Source: Actinomycetota bacterium (GTDB taxonomy: Bacteria; Actinomycetota; Acidimicrobiia; Acidimicrobiales; UBA10347). From it: a DNA stretch of 64,000 nt. The stretch lies in assembly GCA_039028435.1 (NCBI GenBank), contig JBCCIC010000001.1, forward strand, positions 396,240 to 460,239, read 5' to 3'. Position numbers and translations under genes: made by a program. Under the pieces are notes generated by a model. It was given only the letters and a program-made list of their open reading frames with translations, did not search any database and was not told the origin of the DNA. Of this stretch, positions 52,414-60,800 are shown one piece after another. Each line of letters opens with the position of its first letter. The first letter of the stretch is position 1.

Positions 52414-53940
52414 TCACGGCAGGACGTCGCCGTACACCCAGTCGTTGTACCGAACACCCTCGGGGAGCACTCGACCAGCGGCCTGATCGGCCGGCGAGGC
52501 ACGCCACTCCGGAGCCGTCGACCCGGCGTACAGCGATCGCAGAAACGCACGACGAGCCTGGCTCTCGACGATTTGCTGCGTGAGGTCGTCGACGTTCCAG
52601 CGGCGATGGACCAACGCGTGCAGTTCGTTCTCGGCGTCGGCGTGTTCTGCACTGCCGGCGAGGTTGATCAACTCCAGCGGATCGGCAGCCAAGTCAAAGA
52701 GCTGGGCCGGGTCACAGCCGCTCCAGACATACTTCATCGAGCCCCGCTTGGCCATCAAGATCGGAGCCGTTGCGCCCTCCGAGAGATTCTCCCCGAAGAC
52801 GATGTCGGCGCCGAAGCCGGCATCGAGAGCTGTCGCATCGCCATCGCACAGCGGGACGAGCGATGCGCCGGCTGGCGTATCGACCGGTTCGGTGCGGCCA
52901 CCGGCTAGGTCGATGAGCGTGGGCAGGAGATCGACAAGGGACACGTTTGCGCCGACGCGGCTCGGCCGGAACCGCTCAGGCCAGGACACGAAGAACGGAA
53001 TTCTCGATCCGCCCTCGAAGAAGGTGCGCTTGTACCAAAGGCCACGCTCTCCCATCATGTCGCCGTGATCGGTCGAGAAGATCACCACGGTGTTCGACTC
53101 GAAGCCGGTCTCCCTCAACGTGGCCAGCAGCGCACCAACCAGATCGTCGACGTAGCTGACGGATCCGTAATACCCGTGCCGGGCAGTCCGTACCTGCTCG
53201 TCGGTGATCTCGATGCCTTCCAGTCCGTACTCGTGCCGGAGTCGCCGACTGTAGGGATCCGGGTCGTCGACCATGCCGACCACCGGCATGTCGATCTCAT
53301 CGTGGTCGTAGCGGTTCCAGTGCTCGTGGCTGCACTGATACGGGTCGTGCGGATGCGTGAACGAGACGGTCATGTGCCAGGGCTGGCCGTCGTCGATCCC
53401 CGAGCCGAGCGCCAGGTCGTAGAGCTTGCGGCGAGCCCGATGGAGGACCTCGTCGTCGTAGTCGAGCTGCGGGTTCCAGGTCACCGGGCCGGCGAGGGTG
53501 AACGAGCGGGCGTCGTTGCTGTGCTTCTGGGCGCCCGCTTCGTTCCAGTCGCCGGTCCACTGGAAGCTCGCCGGATAAATGTCGATCGTGAGCCGCTCAT
53601 CGAATCCGTGGAGCTGGTCGGCGCCGACGAAGTGCATCTTGCCGCTCAGCGCGGTGTGATAGCCCGAGGCCTTCAGGTAGTGGGCATAGGTCGGAATGGC
53701 ACTGGGGAACTCGGCACCGTTGTCGAACGCGCCGATCTCGGACGGCAGTCGGCCCGACATCATCGAGAACCGCGAAGGCGCACACAGCGCAAAGTTCGTG
53801 TACGCCGCGTCGAACACGACCGATCGCTCCGCCAGCGCATCGAGGTGCGGGGTCTTGGCGACCGTGTTGCCGTAGGCGGGCAGGAACGATGCCGTCAGCT
53901 GATCGACTTGGATGAACAGGAGGTTCGGCTGGTCGGTCAC
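52414..53940 (-). CDS. Sulfatase (choline-sulfatase BetC-like)
   Basis: GTG 53940 (VTDQPNLLFIQVDQL). The formylglycine motif CAPSR occurs in ..NFALCAPSRFSMMSGRLPSEIGAFDNGAEF.. . Also STDHGDMMGERG. Confidence 0.85.
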   Translation of the reverse strand: MTDQPNLLFIQVDQLTASFLPAYGNTVAKTPHLDALAERSVVFDAAYTNFALCAPSRFSMMSGRLPSEIGAFDNGAEFPSAIPTYAHYLKASGYHTALSGKMHFVGADQLHGFDERLTIDIYPASFQWTGDWNEAGAQKHSNDARSFTLAGPVTWNPQLDYDDEVLHRARRKLYDLALGSGIDDGQPWHMTVSFTHPHDPYQCSHEHWNRYDHDEIDMPVVGMVDDPDPYSRRLRHEYGLEGIEITDEQVRTARHGYYGSVSYVDDLVGALLATLRETGFESNTVVIFSTDHGDMMGERGLWYKRTFFEGGSRIPFFVSWPERFRPSRVGANVSLVDLLPTLIDLAGGRTEPVDTPAGASLVPLCDGDATALDAGFGADIVFGENLSEGATAPILMAKRGSMKYVWSGCDPAQLFDLAADPLELINLAGSAEHADAENELHALVHRRWNVDDLTQQIVESQARRAFLRSLYAGSTAPEWRASPADQAAGRVLPEGVRYNDWVYGDVLP

Positions 53941-53950
53941 CGGGCCGAGG

Positions 53951-55108
53951 CTACGCCGTGGTGACCTCGTGGGCGATGGCGTCGTTGACCGACTGGTGGA
54001 AGTGGCCGAGCGCCGGCTCGATCTTGCCGTAGACGAGCCGATCCATCGCACCCGACGCGAGGTTCCGCTGGATCTGCTCGACCAACGGGAAGTCCTCGGT
54101 CCCGGTGACTTCGAGCAGCAGATCGAGGTTCTTCAGGAAGTAGTCACGCTGCCGATCGGACTCGGGCTCGCTCGGTGCATAGACCGAGGTCGTGAGCCGC
54201 GTGCGATCGACGCTCAACGGCTCGATGTTCCAGACCTCGACGTGGTCGAGTTGGTGCACGATCAAGCCGGAGGGCACGAGGAAGTACTGGATCGTGCCGT
54301 AGGGGAGGATCGTGCGGTCAGCGCGGGGTTTGGCGAACTCGTCGTCGACGTCGGTGCGCACGCCGATCAGCAGCAGGTTGCGCTCGAACGGCTCGAAGAT
54401 CGACTCGGGATGAAAGCGGTTCCCCAGCGTGGATCGGTGGAGCGTGCGGATGTGGTACGTCTCGGTGAACGTGTCGAACAGGAACTTCCAATTGAACTCA
54501 CGCACCGACGTTCGGCTGCCCACGAGGGTGTAGTCGGCGAGCCCAAATGCGCCGAGATCGTCCTCGGCTCCTCCGAGCGCGGCGTCCACGTCGATCGGCT
54601 CGGTGCCGCCCGGCCGCACGAAGATCAACCCGTGCTTCTCGGCGACGGCGCGGGTCACGAGATTGCAGTCCATCGTGACGTCGTCGAACGCGTCGGCGGC
54701 ACCCGGTCGCGCCCGAAGCTTGCCGTCGAGTTCGTAGGTCCAGGCGTGATACGGGCAGCTGAAGGCCCGTAGACCGTCGCCGCTTGCCTGGGGATCGACG
54801 AGCGGGGAGCCGCGGTGGCGGCAGATGTTGACGAGCGCCCGCAGCGACCCATCGGCCTGGCGCACCACGACGATCGGAATGCCGTCGAATCGCATCGACC
54901 GCCACGAGCCGGGTTCGCGCAGGTCCGCGCTCATGGCGAAGAACACCGGGCCTTCGCGGAACAGCACGCTCTGCTCGATGGCAAAGCGATCCGGATCGAC
55001 GTAGGCCGCGGCTTCGGCGATCGTCGACGTTTCACCGAAGAGGCCGCGTCGACGTTCGCCCGCCGACTCGATGCGATCGAGCAACTCGAGCTCACGTTCC
55101 TTGCGCAT
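53951..55108 (-). CDS. Rieske [2Fe-2S] non-haem-iron oxygenase, alpha subunit
   Basis: Rieske motif CRHRGSPL...CPYHAWTY, followed by a catalytic domain. Confidence 0.85.
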   Translation of the reverse strand: MRKERELELLDRIESAGERRRGLFGETSTIAEAAAYVDPDRFAIEQSVLFREGPVFFAMSADLREPGSWRSMRFDGIPIVVVRQADGSLRALVNICRHRGSPLVDPQASGDGLRAFSCPYHAWTYELDGKLRARPGAADAFDDVTMDCNLVTRAVAEKHGLIFVRPGGTEPIDVDAALGGAEDDLGAFGLADYTLVGSRTSVREFNWKFLFDTFTETYHIRTLHRSTLGNRFHPESIFEPFERNLLLIGVRTDVDDEFAKPRADRTILPYGTIQYFLVPSGLIVHQLDHVEVWNIEPLSVDRTRLTTSVYAPSEPESDRQRDYFLKNLDLLLEVTGTEDFPLVEQIQRNLASGAMDRLVYGKIEPALGHFHQSVNDAIAHEVTTA

Positions 55109-55160
55109 GGTCGCCCCTCCATCGGCCGGAGCAACCAGTCTTGCAGGCCGACCTTCGGAC

Positions 55161-56639
55161 TCAGGCGTCGGCCGGTCCGTCGCCCAGCACTTGGAACTGG
55201 CCCATCATGCCGCGCTCCTCGTGAGGCATGACGTGGCAGTGGAACATGTAGGGCACGTCAGGATTCGTGTACGAATTGAAGCGCGCGACGACCTCGACCG
55301 TCCTGGCCTCGGACACGAAGACGGTGTCCTCCCACCCGGTCTCCTCCTCAGGCGGAGGCTCGCCGTTGATTGCGACGATCTGAAACTGGGTCTGATGCAC
55401 ATGGAACGCGTGGACACCCTCGCTCGATGAGATGATCCAGCGCTCGACATCGTCGAACCGCACCGACTGGTCGATCCGCTGCATATTCATCTGTGCGTCG
55501 TTGATCACCCAGTCGCCATCGACCCGATCCATGTGGAAGATGCGTTCGCGGTCGACGTCGTCGGGGTCGAACGCGACGATCTCGTTGAGTTGCTCCGGCA
55601 TCTCCTGGACCGCGGGCAATGACTCGTCGGGACGCAGCTCGAGGAGCTTGCCGTAGTCGTCGTCGACCAGATTCACGATGCCATCGCGTGTGTCGAGGAT
55701 GACCTCGACCCGATCGCCCGGTGTGACGGTCAGGTCGCGGACCCGCACCGGGCGGTTCAGGTAGCCACCGTCGCTCGCGATGACCAACAGGCCGTCGCGG
55801 TCCGAGCTGATTTCGTAGATCGTCTTCTGGCTCGCATTGAGGATGCGCAGGCGCACGAGCCCTTCCGGCACGTCGACGAACGGATCGAACGTGCCATTGA
55901 CGGTGGTTTCGTCGCCGTCATCCTCGTCGTCGATCTGGATCACACCGTCTTCGTCGAGGTCGGGGTTCTGCAGGATCACCGGGATGTCATCGATGCCGTA
56001 GGTCGAAGGCAGGTTCTGGGTGTGTGGGTTCTGATCCTCCACGATCACCAAACCGACCGCGCCGAGCGCAACGCTCGATCCGGTCGTGCCCATCAGGTGC
56101 GGGTGGTACCAAAGCGTGGCCGCGGGTTGGATCACCGGGAAGTCGGCCGTCCAGGTCGTGTCCGGCTGGATGCCAGAGTGAGGGCCGCCATCGTCATCGG
56201 CCGGCACATCGGCGCCATGCCAATGCGTGGTCGTGACGTCCGGGGTCGTGTTGGACACATCGATCTCGACGTAGGCGCCGGCGCGCCACACCATCGTGGG
56301 CCCGAACATCGAGGCGCCGTTGTAGCTAAGTGATGGGGTCACTCGGCCGTCGCCGTAGTCGTGGGTCGCTTCGCCGATCGAGAGTTCGTACTTCTCCGTA
56401 CCGTCGACTCGGGTCGGCTCGAGCAGCGGGGGGATGTTCAACGGTGTCGTCGCCTCGGCGGCAATCTCGGGACCGGAGTCACCGCGAAGAAGTGCGACGA
56501 GGACACCGAGGCCCAGCAGGACCAGGGCGACGCCCAGGAGGGGCAGGGCGATTCGCCGGCTGATCCACACCGGACGGACCTCGATGTCCTCGTCGTCGAT
56601 TGTTGCTCCGTGCGCGGCACCCGCTGCCGGATCGTTCAT
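55161..56639 (-). CDS. Multicopper oxidase (CueO/ferroxidase-like)
   Basis: Cu-ligand motifs HWHG, WYHPH, HVHQTQF and HCHVMPHEERGMM. The N-terminus has an SRR (Tat-like) motif followed by a ~20-residue hydrophobic segment. Confidence 0.9.
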   Translation of the reverse strand: MNDPAAGAAHGATIDDEDIEVRPVWISRRIALPLLGVALVLLGLGVLVALLRGDSGPEIAAEATTPLNIPPLLEPTRVDGTEKYELSIGEATHDYGDGRVTPSLSYNGASMFGPTMVWRAGAYVEIDVSNTTPDVTTTHWHGADVPADDDGGPHSGIQPDTTWTADFPVIQPAATLWYHPHLMGTTGSSVALGAVGLVIVEDQNPHTQNLPSTYGIDDIPVILQNPDLDEDGVIQIDDEDDGDETTVNGTFDPFVDVPEGLVRLRILNASQKTIYEISSDRDGLLVIASDGGYLNRPVRVRDLTVTPGDRVEVILDTRDGIVNLVDDDYGKLLELRPDESLPAVQEMPEQLNEIVAFDPDDVDRERIFHMDRVDGDWVINDAQMNMQRIDQSVRFDDVERWIISSSEGVHAFHVHQTQFQIVAINGEPPPEEETGWEDTVFVSEARTVEVVARFNSYTNPDVPYMFHCHVMPHEERGMMGQFQVLGDGPADA

Positions 56640-56648
56640 GTCCGCTGA

Positions 56649-57800
56649 CTAGGCACGCCAGTACCCGGTCATGTGAACGTCGGTGGCGGCGAACCCGAGT
56701 TCGTTTCGGAGCAGGCGCCGCACCGCAGAGATCTCTCGCGACTCGGCGGCGCCGAACGCCGACGTCGCGCCGGGAACGAGCCCGAGGCTCCGGACGGCTG
56801 CGACCAGGTCGTGACCTTGATCGTCGGGCCCGTACCAATGCTCGGTGAGCGCAGGGTGCTCGGGCATCGGCGGCCGACGGTTGGGACCCGCCACCTTCGC
56901 GACGAGCACGACTTCCGCCGACTGGTACTGGTCGATCAGCGCGGCCGCGGCGGCCAGGCCCGTCTCGTCGCAGACGAGCACGTGGCGCTGGGTGTTCTCG
57001 GGCGGGTGATAGCCACGGCGCGGGCCCCAGAGCGCAAGCTGGTCGCCGGGAGCAGCGGTCGCCGCCCACTGGGCAACGGTCGGCGACCCTGCGGAGGCCT
57101 CCTCGCCCATCGGTGCTCCGGCAGCCTCCGGGTCATCGACATCCTCCGCACCCTCCAAGCCGTCGACACCGTGCAGGTAGACCCACAGGTCGAGCTCTCC
57201 ATGCTCGGGTCGGCGCCGGCGGGTGGTGTAGTAGGCGCCGTGGGGCTGGCGGTGTTCGGGTAGCTCCTGCAGCGCGGAGAACGGAACCCCGGCGGGAAGC
57301 GGTTCGTCATCGCCCGGCCGTGGGATCAGCACGTAGCTGAACTCGTCGCCTCCGACTTCGGGCATTCCATCGAGGCCGCCGATCGTCACCTCGAGCAGGT
57401 TCTTCGCGACCGTACGGGTGGCGCGCACTTCGCCGACCCAGGTCACCAGGGACTGTGTGGTCTGGAGTTCTTCCTCGATGCTCGTGATCGGATGTTCGGG
57501 CTGGGCCTGACGCGCCGCCCCCAAGGTGCCGATCAAATGGCCCCGAACGCCCATCGTGGTGGTGGTTTCCTCGGGGAAGCGCAGCTCGGCGGCCGTCGCA
57601 GGCCCTTGCGGCTCGCGCACGTCGAGCCCGATGGCCCGGGGCGAGATCGATGCGATTCGAGCATCGGCCAGCGGAGCGCCATAGACATGCGAGGCGATGA
57701 AGACGATGGTGTCGCCGTGGCCACCCTCCAGGTGTTCGACGACCGATTCGAGCTCGCTCGTGGTCGACGCATCGAAGCCGTCGATCTTCACGCTGGCCAT
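56649..57800 (-). CDS. Siderophore-interacting protein (SIP) with an N-terminal extension
   Basis: The C-terminus ..ISAVRRLLRNELGFAATDVHMTGYWRA is typical of SIPs. The N-terminal ~110 aa contains VVEHLEGGHGDTIVFIASH (DUF2470-like pattern). Confidence 0.8.
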   Translation of the reverse strand: MASVKIDGFDASTTSELESVVEHLEGGHGDTIVFIASHVYGAPLADARIASISPRAIGLDVREPQGPATAAELRFPEETTTTMGVRGHLIGTLGAARQAQPEHPITSIEEELQTTQSLVTWVGEVRATRTVAKNLLEVTIGGLDGMPEVGGDEFSYVLIPRPGDDEPLPAGVPFSALQELPEHRQPHGAYYTTRRRRPEHGELDLWVYLHGVDGLEGAEDVDDPEAAGAPMGEEASAGSPTVAQWAATAAPGDQLALWGPRRGYHPPENTQRHVLVCDETGLAAAAALIDQYQSAEVVLVAKVAGPNRRPPMPEHPALTEHWYGPDDQGHDLVAAVRSLGLVPGATSAFGAAESREISAVRRLLRNELGFAATDVHMTGYWRA

Positions 57801-57882
57801 ACCGGATCCTCGCCCCGCCGCTCGACGGTTGTCGGTGGCCGAGGACCTCTCGGCACCCGAGAGTCTCCCACGAGCGTTAGGA

Positions 57883-57902
57883 CTTGTAAAGCATGCCTAT
57901 CA
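57883..57902 (-). promoter_or_regulatory. TGATAGGCATGC box upstream of the SIP/multicopper-oxidase pair
   Basis: The minus-strand sequence reads TGATAGGCATGCTTTACAAG. The plus-strand 18-mer TGTAAAGCATGCCTATCA fits the ideal palindrome TGATAGGCA|TGCCTATCA at 15/18. Confidence 0.4.
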
Positions 57903-57940
57903 TGACTCGGGATGCGCCCTTGTGCAGCGAGTCAAGCGCC

Positions 57941-58342
57941 TCAGGTCGGATCCTCGACCGAATCGATCGTCGGCTGGGGCGTGACCGTCATGATCTTCGC
58001 ACCGTCCGGCGTGTCGAAGCGATGCCACGTGCCCTCGGGCACGACGACCATCTGCTGCGCACCGAGCCTGACCGGAACCTGCTCGCCGTCGATCAGCAGC
58101 GTCATGGTGGTTGCGCCTTCAAGGCACATGACGATCTCGTCGCCATGGTCGTGTCGTTCCCACTGGCTCTCGCCGGCGTAGTGGACGATGAAGATTCCGC
58201 CGTTGCGATAGTCCGCGATGGTCGCGTACCAGGCAGGTTGGCCCTCAGGGATGCCTGCATTGCCCTGCGGCTTGCGGTCGGGAAGGAACTCGAGTCCCGC
58301 GAAGGCCTCGGGGAGCGAGATGACGGTGGGCGATTCGGTCAT
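57941..58342 (-). CDS. Cupin-domain protein
   Basis: 133 aa with a cupin-like motif pair (..WERHDHGDEIVMCLEG.. and ..VVVPEGTWHRF..). Confidence 0.75.
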   Translation of the reverse strand: MTESPTVISLPEAFAGLEFLPDRKPQGNAGIPEGQPAWYATIADYRNGGIFIVHYAGESQWERHDHGDEIVMCLEGATTMTLLIDGEQVPVRLGAQQMVVVPEGTWHRFDTPDGAKIMTVTPQPTIDSVEDPT

Positions 58343-58412
58343 CCTCGAACCGTAACCGCACCGTGTGACAGGCGCAGGCAGAACCGTCAGCGGCCACCGT
58401 CAGCCGCCACCG

Positions 58413-59255
58413 TCAGTCCCGCAGGCTGAGCGTGACCGGGTTGCGGTTCTCCATGATGCTGGCGTGCTTGTCGGCGAGCATCGCCACCATCATCTCGTCG
58501 GTGAAGATCCAGAAGGTCCGCTCGACGATCGCGTCGTGAACCATCTCGGCGACCTGTTCCGGCTCCATGCCGGAGTCGATCGACTCGCGGACGAACGCCA
58601 TCGCCTCCTCCTGCTCCGCCGTCGGCTCCACGAGCGCATTGGGGGCCGCCCACTCCGGCCGATTCCGGTCGCTGTCGATGATCGCGGTCCGCACCCAGCC
58701 AGGGCACAGGCACGACACCCCCACTCCCGGCGCCGTGGTTGCCAGCTCGTTGTGCAGGCCCATCGTGATCCCGACCACGCCCCACTTGCTGGCGGTGTAC
58801 GCCGAGTGTCCCGGGAAGTGCCCCGCCATCGAGGCCGTGTTGATGATGTGGCCTTCGTCCTGCTCGATCATCTTCGGCAGGAACACTCGGTGACCGTGCA
58901 CCACGCCGAAGAGGTTGACATCGATCACCCACTTCCACGCGGCGGCGTCGACGAGATCACCGCCGAGCGAGCCGGCAACACCGGCGTTGTTGCACACCAC
59001 GTGCACCGTGTCGAACGTATCGAAGGCCAGCGCCGCGAGTTCGTCCATCGCATCGCCGTCGCTCACATCGGTGATCGAGCTGATGACCTGGGTGCCATGG
59101 GCTGAGACGGCCGCAGCCGCGTCCTGCAGCGGCGGCACCTCGATGTCGGACATGACGACGTTCATGCCTGCCTGGGCAAACCGATGGGCGAAGGCCAGGC
59201 CCATGCCACTCGCGGCTCCGGTGACGACAGCGGTCTTGTTCTCGAGCGAATCCAT
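58413..59255 (-). CDS. SDR-family oxidoreductase
   Basis: AVVTGAASGMGLA, NNAGV and YTASKWGV. Confidence 0.9.
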   Translation of the reverse strand: MDSLENKTAVVTGAASGMGLAFAHRFAQAGMNVVMSDIEVPPLQDAAAAVSAHGTQVISSITDVSDGDAMDELAALAFDTFDTVHVVCNNAGVAGSLGGDLVDAAAWKWVIDVNLFGVVHGHRVFLPKMIEQDEGHIINTASMAGHFPGHSAYTASKWGVVGITMGLHNELATTAPGVGVSCLCPGWVRTAIIDSDRNRPEWAAPNALVEPTAEQEEAMAFVRESIDSGMEPEQVAEMVHDAIVERTFWIFTDEMMVAMLADKHASIMENRNPVTLSLRD

Positions 59256-59264
59256 GCCGGGACT

Positions 59265-60206
59265 CTACGCGGCGCCCGCCGCAGCGACTGCCGCCATGTG
59301 CGCGGGACCGATCCCACAACAGCCACCGATGATCGTCGCGCCGGCCCTAGCCCACACCGACTCGTAGGCGGCGTAGGACGCGGGGCTGATGACGTCTTCG
59401 AAGATGATTTCGTCTCCATGCTGCTGGGCCGCGTGGGCATACGCACCGATCGGGCCATCCCAGCCCGCTCGAAGCACCTCGACGCCACGCTCGGTGAGTC
59501 GGACATCGGAATGCATGATGCAGAGCACGTCGACGCAGTCGTAGCCGATGGCCATGTCGACGGCGTCGGACAGCAGGCCTCCTTCGCGAAGCGGAACGGG
59601 GTTGGGGAGGAGGTCGGCCGCATGGCCCTGCTCGGGGCCGATCGAATAGCCGACCCAGACCGGCAGGCCGATCGTTGCGACCGCATCGAGGGTCGCCCGG
59701 AGCCGCGGCAGATCCACCATCATCTCCAGGCTCAGGAGGTCAGCGCCCGCATCGCGCATGATGGTCGCCTGCTCGACGGTGCTCTCCCGAAGTCGATCGA
59801 GCGACGGCCGATCGCCGGAGAAGCTCCAATTGCTGATCCCACCTGCCACCACCACGTGCTCGGCCTTGGCACCTGCTCGGGCACGCGCCTCGACCGCCAA
59901 CTCGACCGCCCGGCGGTTGTAGGCCTCGAAGTCGTCGCCCACCCCGGCATCCTCGAGAACGTTGCGACCCGTGGCGAAGGTGTTCGAGGCGATCAACTCG
60001 GCGCCGAGTGCGAGATAGTCGGCATGCACGTCGAGCACAATGCCGGGGTCGCTGAGCGCCGCTCCCCCACTCCAGCCGTTCGGCAGTGCCGGCGCACCTC
60101 GACGGATGCACTCGGACCCGGTCGCACCGTCGATCACGATGCGCTCCCCCGCCCGCGCTCGCTGGATCAGCCGTTCATAACGCTGCATGGTCCCTCCCTC
60201 TGACAA
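59265..60206 (-). CDS. Homocysteine S-methyltransferase family protein
   Basis: IVIDGATGSE, LIASNTFAT, and the C-terminal Zn-ligand region GGCCGIGPAH. The start may be ATG 60188. Confidence 0.85.
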   Translation of the reverse strand: MSEGGTMQRYERLIQRARAGERIVIDGATGSECIRRGAPALPNGWSGGAALSDPGIVLDVHADYLALGAELIASNTFATGRNVLEDAGVGDDFEAYNRRAVELAVEARARAGAKAEHVVVAGGISNWSFSGDRPSLDRLRESTVEQATIMRDAGADLLSLEMMVDLPRLRATLDAVATIGLPVWVGYSIGPEQGHAADLLPNPVPLREGGLLSDAVDMAIGYDCVDVLCIMHSDVRLTERGVEVLRAGWDGPIGAYAHAAQQHGDEIIFEDVISPASYAAYESVWARAGATIIGGCCGIGPAHMAAVAAAGAA

Positions 60207-60218
60207 ACCGCCTCGACG

Positions 60219-60800
60219 CTAACCAGCAAGATCGGAGACGAACGCATCGATCCTCTGCCGCACGGCCGGGAGCGTTTCGGCCTCGAACCACGGGTTCTTC
60301 GTCAGCCAATGACGGTTGCGCGGCGATGGGTGTGGGAGCACGACTTGCGATGGCAGATACTCGGCGAAGTTGGCCACGGTCTCGGTCAACGTCTTCTTGC
60401 GCTCGATCACGTAGCGCTTTTGCGCATAGGTGCCAATGATGATCGAGAGCCGGTCGCCGGGGAGTCGATCGAGGACCTGTTCGTGCCAGAGCGGAGCGCA
60501 CTCCGGCCGGGGCGGCTTGTCACCCGATGCCGCCGAGCCGGGATAGCAGAAGCCCATCGGCAGGAGCGCGACGAGCGCCGGGTCGTAGAACTGCTCCTCG
60601 GTGAGCCCGAGCCACGAACGAAGCGTCACGCCGCTCGGATCGTCCCAGGGAACACCCGATTCATGCACCCGACGACCGGGCGCCTGGCCGATGATCACCA
60701 CGCGGCTCGTCACCGATGCCTGCACGATCGGCCGGGGCCCGGCATCGAGTTGGTCTTCGCACACCCGACACGAGCGGATCTCGGCGAGCAGGCGCTTCAT
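60219..60800 (-). CDS. Uracil-DNA glycosylase superfamily protein
   Basis: CRVC...VVIIGQAPG and ..LPHPSPRN motifs. ATGA overlap with the upstream gene. Confidence 0.8.
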   Translation of the reverse strand: MKRLLAEIRSCRVCEDQLDAGPRPIVQASVTSRVVIIGQAPGRRVHESGVPWDDPSGVTLRSWLGLTEEQFYDPALVALLPMGFCYPGSAASGDKPPRPECAPLWHEQVLDRLPGDRLSIIIGTYAQKRYVIERKKTLTETVANFAEYLPSQVVLPHPSPRNRHWLTKNPWFEAETLPAVRQRIDAFVSDLAG

